Below are positions 9,468 through 18,301 of a stretch of 31,990 bases of DNA, in pieces. Source of the DNA: Tortispora ganteri (Eukaryota). The number at the start of each line of letters is the position of its first letter. The first letter of the stretch is position 1. A model generated the notes under the pieces. That model did not search any database. It had not been told where the DNA came from and saw only the letters and a program-made list of their open reading frames with translations. A program made the translations under genes and the position numbers. Location of the stretch: the NCBI GenBank assembly GCA_003707115.1, contig PPNB01000013.1, forward strand, positions 186,001-217,990. The letters run 5' to 3'.

Positions 9468-9845
9468 TTAAGTAACAACAGGAGACGCAACAGGGTCAGA
9501 AGGAGAAGGAGAAACTTCAGGAGTAGGAGAAACTTCAGGAGTAGGAGAAACTTCAGGAGAAGGAGAAACTTCAGGAGAAGGAGAAACTTCAGGAGAAGGA
9601 GAAACTTCAGGAGTAGAGGCACTAGTGCCAGAGGAAGCAGCAGAAGCCTCGGAGGCAGCAGAAGCGCTTGAAGTAGCAGTAGTGGAAGCTGGCGCGGGAC
9701 CACCGTTGCAAAGGACATTGACAACACGAACTCGGATCGGGTTAGCTTGTAATAGGTCCAAGTTTGCACGATCAAACGAGTCAGGCAAGCCTGCAAGAAC
9801 AGTGTGGATAGAAAGGATTAAGGTGGCAAAGGCTGTAAGTTGCAT
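9468..9845 (-). CDS. Orphan small secreted Ser/Thr/Pro-rich protein B (125 aa) with PEVSP[S/T] repeats
   Basis: ATG preceded by AAAA; signal peptide MQLTAFATLILSIHTVLA; one Cys; S/A/T tract; six PEVSP[S/T] repeats; TATATAAAA on the minus strand at about 9931-9939. Confidence 0.75.
   Translation of the reverse strand: MQLTAFATLILSIHTVLAGLPDSFDRANLDLLQANPIRVRVVNVLCNGGPAPASTTATSSASAASEASAASSGTSASTPEVSPSPEVSPSPEVSPSPEVSPTPEVSPTPEVSPSPSDPVASPVVT
9501..9616. repeat. Coding 18-bp minisatellite, about 6.4 copies of AGGAG[A/T]AGGAGAAACTTC
   Basis: Six full units at 9501-9608 differ only at one A/T position (Ser vs Thr), followed by a partial unit. Confidence 0.95.
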
Positions 9846-10804
9846 TTTTTAAGTCTAGGAAGTCTGATCAGAGTGTCTCTTACGAAATTAACTTCGATTA
9901 AGCGGACACGGTTCTGTTTCAACTTGCCCATTTTATATATCTTCAGACATAAACTGAACAAGATGGCTAGGGTTTGACAGTCAACCGGTATCCGTGATGC
10001 AAGGGTGCCAATTTCGACATAGTCAAGTAGCGAATAATAGTGCGACTATGTTAATATATCAGGAAGGGTTCTAGTTAATGGACTGAAAAGTCACTGGAAG
10101 AGGTAGTTTGCATGTCAGAATTGTACAGAATGATATCTACAAAATCATCGCATACCGTAAGCGCAAAGTTGCCATCTGTAAGGATTCTGAAGTAAGATAT
10201 TCTGTACTGTGAGGTTACTGCTATTGTTGGAGAAGAAGAAAGACCACCAGATTTGAATGACTATTGCCGCTTTAAAGGGCTGACAAATACACCCACGACA
10301 GGGTGCTATACAATGCTATCAGGTCGCACCACTGCGTAATGTAGGCAGTGAGACTAGGAGGGACGTCTTACTCAAATTTTACGTTATGCGACTAGCATTT
10401 ACATGTAAATCAGACCTGATAGGATATTAGGTGACATTTATCGCACAAACAGAGTTCATTAACCCAGAATCATTACTGCATTAGTGTGGGTATCTGCTCC
10501 ATGAGAAGGGTAGATACTGCACTTCAATTCTAGAAATAATTAATTCATCACGGGAGCTAACTATTTTGCTAACTCAATGTGCTAAAATAGAGACATTCTA
10601 GGCTCACAATAAGTGTATATATCTATGTTCCGTCACTACATGATCACATGCTCAGTAGACATGCGGAGAAGCCATTATGATTGGTGGATATAGTTGTTAA
10701 GGTTTTACGGGCGGTGAGTGATGTTCTTCGGTATATAACACATGCTATTCACGATAACAGCTCTTAGATTTCGCTAACATCTAGGTTGAAGTATAAGAGC
10801 AACA

Positions 10805-11194
10805 ATGACTCTCAAAGATCCCAAATTTCCATCATCAGAAGTATTTGAGGTGATCGCAACTGCCCTTAAAAGCGACTCTTTCAGGAAAGTCGCAATTGAA
10901 AAGGGTGACGGAATCTTCGCCTTTACCCTTGAGAACTCCGAGGCTGTCACTAAGACTTGGTACCTAGACCTGAAGAACTCTGGTACTGTAGGTGTAGGAT
11001 CTGCACCTGAAGGAGCATCCGCCGATGTTGAATTGTCCATGAGCGATGAGAACTTTGCTGCGCTTGTCGAAGGCTCAAAATCCGCGCAGGAACTATTCAT
11101 GTCCGGTCAACTTCAGCTTAAGGGAAATATGATGAAGGCAATGAATGCTCAGCCTGTTATCGAACGCGCTAAGGAGTTTAAAGCGAAGTTGTAA
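10805..11194 (+). CDS. Peroxisomal sterol carrier protein 2 / oleate-induced POX18-like lipid-binding protein
   Basis: 129 aa; FPSS.VF, WYLDLK..G.V, ADVEL.MSDENF..LV.G...AQ.LFMSG.L.LKGNMMKA; C-terminal PTS1 tripeptide AKL; TATATAA about 70 bp upstream. Confidence 0.92.
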   Translation: MTLKDPKFPSSEVFEVIATALKSDSFRKVAIEKGDGIFAFTLENSEAVTKTWYLDLKNSGTVGVGSAPEGASADVELSMSDENFAALVEGSKSAQELFMSGQLQLKGNMMKAMNAQPVIERAKEFKAKL

Positions 11195-11402
11195 GCGTCC
11201 TCACCGTATATATATGATCTTCAACATCCTTCCTCTTACTGTAGCAGCAGCTCCCGCTATTCCCCAGTTAGGCAACTTGCAAGACTGTCCCTAGCAACCG
11301 ATACTAAACAAATTCCTTGCAATTCACTCACCGTAGTATAAAAAATACACACAACACGCTCAACTGCATACTCTTTGCTTATTGTAATACTATCGCAAAG
11401 CA

Positions 11403-13499
11403 ATGTCTAAACGATCAGCCGCTTTTCAGATTTCGCAACTGAAGCCTGAAGAAGATGAAGAAGACGAAATATCCATGGAAGCCCCTGTAGCAACTGCAGA
11501 GGTTCTTGCAAGTAGAAAGATTCTGCAACCGCGAAGACGACTAGGCGACGCTGGCACAAGGTCCGCCTTCGGATCGCCTGCAACTCCTGCTGCTAACCCG
11601 CTTGCAGCGTTCAAGAAACCATCTGCTTCTAACTCTACTCCTTTACAATCGTCTGATTTAAATGAACCTGAGTTCCAGAAATATCTAAAACTACGCGCCT
11701 TAAACAATAGATTTACTTCAACTATCACGGAGACGATCGCGAAGGATGCATTGGCGGATCTGTCTAATGTATGTCAGAAATACATCGAGTTCTGCGTATC
11801 AATAGGGTTGAAATCCGATTCTCTTCACTCTAAATTCAGCTCTGAATCTAAAACTTCAAAGCCGTTTACATTTTCGGCCTCGAATACGCCAATAAGTGCT
11901 TCAACACCGTTTGGGTTTGCCTCAAACGCTCAGCCGGCCGAAGATACACCGCTGAAGCCTCAGCAACCGCTTGATGCACCGGCTGAAAAGCCTCATTCGC
12001 CGTTCAAATTTGGCGCTTTTACTACCAAGCCTGCTGCTTCGGAAGAAAAGCTTGGCAGCGATAATGAGACAAAAGCAGACGAAATAGTGGACGCAGATGA
12101 GGACGATGCTATGGAATCAGATAACAATAACTCACTGCCTCAGAATACAGCTAGCAATGAAACGGAAGCTTCTAAAATCAACAACACCTGGCAACCATCC
12201 AATGGCGTATCATTTGCGCACCAAGAAACTCCTGCTAATAATGTTACATTTTCGCCAGATGTTGCCGTTAAGACTACTTCAAAGCCTTTATTTGGATTTT
12301 CAGCTCAAACAACACCGACGGTAGACCCGTCAAAGGAACCTGCTAAAGAGACTTCGTTTTCGTTCAAGCCTACGGGCTCTAATCAAAACGTTACAATCCC
12401 TGATGCGGCAATGCCTTCGAGCCCTTTTAAATTTAGTGGGACTCTCAATACTACCTCTAGTGAGGCTTCAGCTTCAAAGGCTAGCCCCTTTAAGTTTGGT
12501 GCTATGAATGACGATGCAAAAACCGAATCATCAGATTCTCCTGCAAAACCGGTGTTTTCTTTCGGAGCACCAGCTGCTAAGAGTACTGATAATAGTGAGA
12601 CTAATGGGAAACCAGAAACCAGCGAATCCACACCGGGACAAAGTACAGGTGCAGCTGGCACGCCAGGGTTCACGTTCAAACCGAAAACGGATCAAACTAA
12701 AATTGCAAGTGGGTTCTCCTTTACTCAAAGTGCGGAAAAGCTTGTGTCTTCAGATACACCCGCGCGTAAGTTCACCTTTGGACTTCCTAGTAAACCTTCA
12801 GAGAACAGCTCTTCCGAAGAAAAGAGCGAGAAGGACGGGGAAACTGGGGTATCTCCATTTAAGTTTGGTTCCACTGCCACTCTATCGGTACCCTCTTTTT
12901 CGTTCGGAACTAAACCAGCCGAGTCTTCGACTGAAGCTAAGCCTGCTTTTAGTTTTGGATCTGGTTCTGTATTCCAATCTGTTAGCACCGGTACTGCGTC
13001 TCCCTCTAAATTCGGCGAAGAAAAAATTGCCACTGATAATACCTTAACTGCAATTGAAGACAAGTCTACTGCGCGAGACGACGACGAGGAAAACGGCACA
13101 CCTAAAGAGAAGCAACTGGAAGATCTATCTACCGCTCAAGGGCCCGGAGAAGAGAATGAGGAAAATATATACGAGAAACGTGCTCGCGTATATGAATTCA
13201 AGACAAAAGAAGACGGCTCCAAAGCCTATGAACCCATTGGTCTTGGCACTCTAAGGGTTCTCAAACATACTGAAACGAAGAAAGGAAGAATTTTGTTACG
13301 TGCTGAAGGAAGTGGAAGGGTTGTCATCAACGTTCTTTTAAGGCCTGAGATCACATATGCATTAGTCGAGCCGAATAACGTGAGGGTTTTGGATTTTATG
13401 GCAGACGGTACTGGTATCACCTATCTTTTACGTGTGAAAACTGCAGATGATGCAAAAATGTTATCTGATGTTCTTGAGTCGAACAAAGGCGCTGAATGA
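11403..13499 (+). CDS. NUP2: Nucleoporin Nup2/Nup50
   Basis: N-terminal MSKR.A..QI...A..EVLASRKI..PRRR (Nup50 importin-alpha-binding motif), L.ALN..F motif, many FxF/FxFG repeats (SPFKFG, FSFG, FTFG) and a C-terminal RanBP1-type domain (GEENE..IYEKRA.VY...G.G.LRVLKH..T.K.RILLRAEG.GRVV.N). Confidence 0.9.
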   Translation: MSKRSAAFQISQLKPEEDEEDEISMEAPVATAEVLASRKILQPRRRLGDAGTRSAFGSPATPAANPLAAFKKPSASNSTPLQSSDLNEPEFQKYLKLRALNNRFTSTITETIAKDALADLSNVCQKYIEFCVSIGLKSDSLHSKFSSESKTSKPFTFSASNTPISASTPFGFASNAQPAEDTPLKPQQPLDAPAEKPHSPFKFGAFTTKPAASEEKLGSDNETKADEIVDADEDDAMESDNNNSLPQNTASNETEASKINNTWQPSNGVSFAHQETPANNVTFSPDVAVKTTSKPLFGFSAQTTPTVDPSKEPAKETSFSFKPTGSNQNVTIPDAAMPSSPFKFSGTLNTTSSEASASKASPFKFGAMNDDAKTESSDSPAKPVFSFGAPAAKSTDNSETNGKPETSESTPGQSTGAAGTPGFTFKPKTDQTKIASGFSFTQSAEKLVSSDTPARKFTFGLPSKPSENSSSEEKSEKDGETGVSPFKFGSTATLSVPSFSFGTKPAESSTEAKPAFSFGSGSVFQSVSTGTASPSKFGEEKIATDNTLTAIEDKSTARDDDEENGTPKEKQLEDLSTAQGPGEENEENIYEKRARVYEFKTKEDGSKAYEPIGLGTLRVLKHTETKKGRILLRAEGSGRVVINVLLRPEITYALVEPNNVRVLDFMADGTGITYLLRVKTADDAKMLSDVLESNKGAE

Positions 13500-13613
13500 T
13501 TGTATTTTAGAGTATTCATCTGTGTGTTTCTATGCCCTATTCTTGGATACCCATAAGATAATAAATGCTATTTGTGATTATAGCGCAAATATTCATACCT
13601 AAAGCAGGTAAGG

Positions 13614-13660
13614 ACCCTATTAGGGTACATTAGAGACACGAAGCACGAAAAATTACGCGC
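13614..13660 (+). promoter_or_regulatory. Candidate G1/S (SCB/MCB-like) elements and an ACCCTA-T-TAGGGT palindrome upstream of the CRH gene
   Basis: CACGAAAA at 13644-13651 (SCB consensus), ACGCG at 13655-13659 and again near 13761, palindrome at 13614-13626, TATATATA near 13818. Confidence 0.45.
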
Positions 13661-13906
13661 AAGTTAAATTCTATAATTCCGTAACAGGAATAATTTCAGC
13701 ATTTGATTGGTGAAATATGCGTTCATAATTGGCGAATACAAGGCTAACAAACGTCGCATACGCGAGCACTTTCCCTTTTTTGATCCTAAGAACAAACAAC
13801 TCAGTACACCTGTGTTTATATATAGAGGAGACTTTTGTGGTATTTTTTAGCACTTTTTTTAACAGCGTCCCTATATTTTTTATATTTTAGTTGGCTATTA
13901 TTTGTG

Positions 13907-15073
13907 ATGATTTACAACCAGATGATTCGTGTCTATGCGCTTATGGGTGTGGCTGCTGCCTTCAACATGAACACTTGCAATCCTCTTAGTGACGCAGACT
14001 GCAGCAAGTTTGTGCCCGCTTTTGGCAAGTCCGAGGGATTTTTATTTGAGAAAGTTGATGAGAAGACCGATGTCGAATCATTTATAAATCCCCTAAAGAT
14101 CAGTGATGCTGGCGAATCGTACGTCCATGCCCTGCCCGGTCGTGGTCTTCATATTGCTATTAGCGAAGCCAAGGCCGCTCCTCACATTCTTTTGCCTGAA
14201 TATCTCATGTATGGACGTGTCAGTGTACTTACTGAAGTTAAGTCAGGAAACGGTATTATTAACTCTATTGTACTTAAATCTGACGATGGAGATGAGCTTG
14301 ATGTTGAGATTGTTGGATCTAATGCTGTCTCTTGGCAATCAAACTACTTTGTCAAAGGTGACACCACCACATATGACCGCATGGTTTCTATTGATGCGCC
14401 TACTCTCGAAAAGGGTATTCATAATTTTACTATTGAGTGGCTGCCTAACCGCGTTGCCTGGTACTACGACGACGTTGAGGTTCGCGTCATTACTCCTGAG
14501 ACCTCACAAGGTCTGCCCACTGCGCCATGCCGTTTGAGTATTGGTGGATGGTCTGTTAACGCGGAGACCAACAAATGGACTGTGGACTGGGCGAAGGGAT
14601 TACCTGACTTCTCTCAAGGCCCTTACGGCCTGATTATTCACGCCATTAATGTGGAAGATTTTTCCACCGGTCTCGAATATGAGTATGCGGATGCCACTGG
14701 CCGCGTTATCCGATCTGTTGGAGGCAAAATCTTTTCAGTGAATGATTTTGTTCCTGCTCCCTCTTCTATTCCAGATGAAGAGTGGACCGCTTTTACGGCC
14801 ACCGGCACGATAACTTATGATTATGCTGCTAGCATTGGTTTAAATGAAACTTCAGTCACTCAGACACCTTCTAGTGTTACTTCTGTTCCAGCTGCCTCTG
14901 CCACCATGAGTGTTAAAGCGACTGCTTCATCTATGAAGGCCTCCGAGGCATCCAAAGCACCCGAGGTATCCAAGACTCCCGCCCCGTCTGAGAAGGCGAA
15001 GAGCTCTGCGAGCCGATATAGACCTGCTGGAGCTTTGGCTGTTGTTGGTTCAGTATTGTGCATCTTTTTTTAA
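13907..15073 (+). CDS. CRH1: CRH-family GH16 chitin transglycosylase, GPI-anchored cell-wall protein (start ATG 13907 or 13922)
   Basis: Signal peptide (MIRVYALMGVAAA), CNPL motif, YLMYGRV, catalytic SDDGDELDVE, QSNYFVKGDTTTYDR, HNFTIEW, WA.G.PDFSQGPY, S/T-rich stalk and hydrophobic C-terminal GPI signal. The track's start at 13835 is TTG. Confidence 0.85.
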   Translation: MIYNQMIRVYALMGVAAAFNMNTCNPLSDADCSKFVPAFGKSEGFLFEKVDEKTDVESFINPLKISDAGESYVHALPGRGLHIAISEAKAAPHILLPEYLMYGRVSVLTEVKSGNGIINSIVLKSDDGDELDVEIVGSNAVSWQSNYFVKGDTTTYDRMVSIDAPTLEKGIHNFTIEWLPNRVAWYYDDVEVRVITPETSQGLPTAPCRLSIGGWSVNAETNKWTVDWAKGLPDFSQGPYGLIIHAINVEDFSTGLEYEYADATGRVIRSVGGKIFSVNDFVPAPSSIPDEEWTAFTATGTITYDYAASIGLNETSVTQTPSSVTSVPAASATMSVKATASSMKASEASKAPEVSKTPAPSEKAKSSASRYRPAGALAVVGSVLCIFF

Positions 15074-15174
15074 AGGAGATCTTTAAGGACGAAATATATG
15101 CATATTCGCGTTGTGCAAGTTTTCTGTAGTGATAGTATAGTAAACCTTAACGTTCGACACGAACTTTAGTAGCG

Positions 15175-16116
15175 ATGAAAGAACAGAAGAAAGTGATTAA
15201 TACGGCTGATTTGCAAGGATTTGCTAATTATTTAAAACGAACTGATGTAAAGAAGGTAGTTTTTCTTGTTGGTGCGGGAATTTCAACTGCGGCGGGGATT
15301 CCGGACTTCAGATCACCGAAAACTGGTTTGTACCATAATCTTGCACGGCTTAAATTGCCGTACGCGGAGGCCGTGTTTGACATTGATTATTTTCGTAAAC
15401 GACCTGAAGCATTTTATACTCTGGCAGGCGAACTTTACCCGGGAAAGTTTGAGCCGACGAAGTTTCATCGGTTAATGAAATTGATGCAAGATCAGGGCAA
15501 GTTGTTAAGAGTGTACACGCAGAACATTGATACGCTCGAACGGATTGCTGGCATTGAAGATAAATACATCGTTGAAGCACATGGATCATTTGCTGTCAGC
15601 AGATGCATTGACTGCAAGGTAGAGGCCGACAATGAGGCTGTCAAGCTACACGTGCAGAAGAGCACTATACCCAGATGCACAGAATGTAAGGGCTTAGTCA
15701 AACCCGATATTGTGTTCTTCGGCGAAAACCTCCCCAAGAGATTTTTCCAAATGTATGAGAGCGATATGAAAGATGCTGACGCAGCTATTATTGCTGGTTC
15801 CTCGCTGACTGTACACCCATTTGCTGGTCTCGCCGATATGGTAAGTTGTCCGCGGCTCTTAGTGAACCTTGAGAAGGCAGGATCTATTGGCAGGCATATA
15901 AACGATATAGTACACCTTGATTACTGTGATAAGGCAGCTACTGAACTCGCTAAACTTCTTGAATGGCAATTGGAATCCGATGAAGCGGAGCGGCAATCGA
16001 ACGATACAAGCTCAGAAAACGAGCAGGAAAGCGCGAGCAATGAACTAATCGATGAAATAAAAAAACTGGAGATATCTGACAAGGGAAAAGTTTCCAAAAA
16101 GACGGAAAAGATATGA
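15175..16116 (+). CDS. HST2: NAD-dependent deacetylase, sirtuin class Ib
   Basis: GAGISTAAGIPDFRSP.TGLY.NLARL.LPYAEAVF, YTQNIDTLER.AG, EAHGSFA, CxxC...CxxC zinc ribbon, VKPDIVFFGE.LP; leucine-rich NES-like tail LIDEIKKLEI. Confidence 0.93.
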   Translation: MKEQKKVINTADLQGFANYLKRTDVKKVVFLVGAGISTAAGIPDFRSPKTGLYHNLARLKLPYAEAVFDIDYFRKRPEAFYTLAGELYPGKFEPTKFHRLMKLMQDQGKLLRVYTQNIDTLERIAGIEDKYIVEAHGSFAVSRCIDCKVEADNEAVKLHVQKSTIPRCTECKGLVKPDIVFFGENLPKRFFQMYESDMKDADAAIIAGSSLTVHPFAGLADMVSCPRLLVNLEKAGSIGRHINDIVHLDYCDKAATELAKLLEWQLESDEAERQSNDTSSENEQESASNELIDEIKKLEISDKGKVSKKTEKI

Positions 16117-18301
16117 ATGGCTACAAAAAAGTGGCAATTCAATACATAGCACATGTGCTGACAGTTTCTATATGCCTTGTATGAAACATTACTTGTGTTC
16201 AAATTGTGTATTTACTGTTAATACGTTTTGCGCATATACTAATGTGACAGAATTCTACGACTGCTAAAAATTGAGCTGTTTCTGTGAAGAGCTTTCCGTT
16301 TATGGGTGACTTAGTGAATTCACCTGCTGCAGAATTAAACTCACCGACGGGCGAGATTTTTAGTGCTTAAATTTGGATCGTGAATTATGATTGTCGATCG
16401 CGAATGCCTTTAGCTATTGCTTGGCTTATCTCTTTATATCAGAATATGGCGGTATCATGCACGCAAAAATAGGAGTGACCTATACCGAAAGCATACAGGA
16501 GTCATAAGTGCAAGTGAAACGATTCGAGCATGCGGTTTGGTGCTCATATCGAACTTCACTGTAGCAATTGCTAGTTAGAGAACTGTCAACCCTAGTACGA
16601 AGATGCATAATAGTGCGATGTGCATGAGATATACTCTACCAATTGGGTTAGCTCTCCCTGTTTAGTGAGATGCGTGATAACGAACAGAGCTAAGCACGTG
16701 GGGTAGACGCTAAATATGGGCACGTCTAAGTAGTGAGGGAACATTTTTGAAAGTCGTTTACCAATTGGGGGCATTGGTATTTCGTTCTTACCTGTATTAG
16801 AGTTAAAACTGCAGGAGCAAGGATGAGAAAGGTCCGATCATTGGATTTTGTGGGGGGTTTAATGCAAAGATGCATTCCGAGTATCGGTAAAGTGATAGGA
16901 AGTTAAGCCATTATTGCAGGTTTATAACACCTGTTGAAGCCGGAGATGTATAATTTAACAACAACTGACGCTATTAACTGAGTACTGTGGGTTAGTTAAA
17001 TCTAATTACAATTGGCAGCTTTAGACTATTGCTGGCGATGCCTAATGCCCGGTCCAATTAATGGAGAAAGGCCAAGCTGATCGCAATATTGTTTATCGCT
17101 GTTGTTGGAACTAAAAGTCAGCGATAATCGTGAAATAAACTTCAAGTTCGATGTGTTTTAACTTTCAATATGATCACGGTGTGAACAGAGCCGTGTTGCT
17201 TTGAACTTAAGGGGCAGTTCACGAACTCGATTCCTGAAAACGATAAATGGCGCAAGAGCAAACCCAACATAGTGTCAAAACATTCGAGTTGATATAATCT
17301 GAAATTTTGGTATACTTCAACAACTATTGGATGCGCTGTAAGATTTTGCAATAGCAATTCTTTAGAAAGCGGCGAAGTTTTTGTTCGGTTGCATTAAATA
17401 GCCACTTACGTTAATAGAGTTTTGGTGCCCGCCTAAACCTAGACTCTATCGTGACTTTATCTTTTCTTGCGGCTCTCTTTTTGTAAAGCTCGTACTTTTG
17501 TGCGTCTTTATTTGACTTGAAAAAGTTAAAAATTGTATGCATATAGAAAACTCTACTCTACTTTTAGCTGAAATCGAACTTTCAGCTACTTAGTGATCCG
17601 GGGTACTGTGCGAGTGTACCTCTCGAAATGTTTGTGCGTATGTGACAGCAGTTTCATGCAGTTTGCGTCATTCTTACATATTAATGAGATCGGCACGTCA
17701 CATCACGACCGACCGATGATTACTAAAGCTTTTATGGTGCTACCAAGTTGGCTGTTTTGACATTATTATTTGGATATGAGCTCAATTTTGTGGCGGCGTG
17801 CGGAAAAACACAAGCCCTAATGTGAAGGAAAAAAAAAAGGCCAAGTATAGCCAATTAGGAATAACGTTTAATTAACCAAGTAATGTGCTGGAAAATAAAG
17901 CTAATTTTACACTGTCATCACTAACTACCAATAGTTAATATCTATATAACACCAGAGAAATAATTCTCGATATCTCTTCTTATCAGTCACTTTGGATCTT
18001 TTACTATTTTGTCTCATATACAAACAGCTTAGTTCTTATCTATATTTCTTGCGTTAAAACTTATTGACTATTTTTCCTTCGTTTAGCGTCAGTTTACTAG
18101 ATCGTCATTGGATAAAGTTTATTACTATTTTGCTTTTTCCTGCCTCTCTGATCTATACTACTCTTATCTAACGCCTGTTCTTTTATAGGCTCTGGCTCTG
18201 CGCTGGCTAATTAATACGGTCTGCTACTATAAATTAGAGTCCCTGTTTGACAAGCTACTCTTCTTTTTTTTCTCTTCTTTTGGCTTGCCGCCTAATTAGC
18301 G

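Noticed and set aside
9501..9616. CRISPR-like repeat array
   Set aside because: Units are head-to-tail with no spacers, lie within a CDS in eukaryotic DNA, and no cas genes are present.
9390..9671. Protamine-like Arg-rich ORF (RRRRNF repeats) on + and Leu-rich ORF 9311-9796 on -
   Set aside because: Both are alternative readings of the 18-bp minisatellite with non-ATG starts; only the 9468-9845 frame has an ATG and a signal peptide.
13835..13906. TTG/GTG-initiated N-terminal extensions in the ORF track (CRH 13835, KEX2 20556, DIP2 29507, protein A 8477)
   Set aside because: Artefacts of allowing bacterial start codons; downstream ATGs give the expected N-termini.
15140..15170. GTTCGA (tRNA T-loop / B-box-like)
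   Set aside because: No T-stem or cloverleaf can be formed; other GTTCRA hits fail in the same way.
16117..18301. TPP riboswitch upstream of the transporter
   Set aside because: The CTGAGA core and the TGAT...AATNC..GCG motif were not found.
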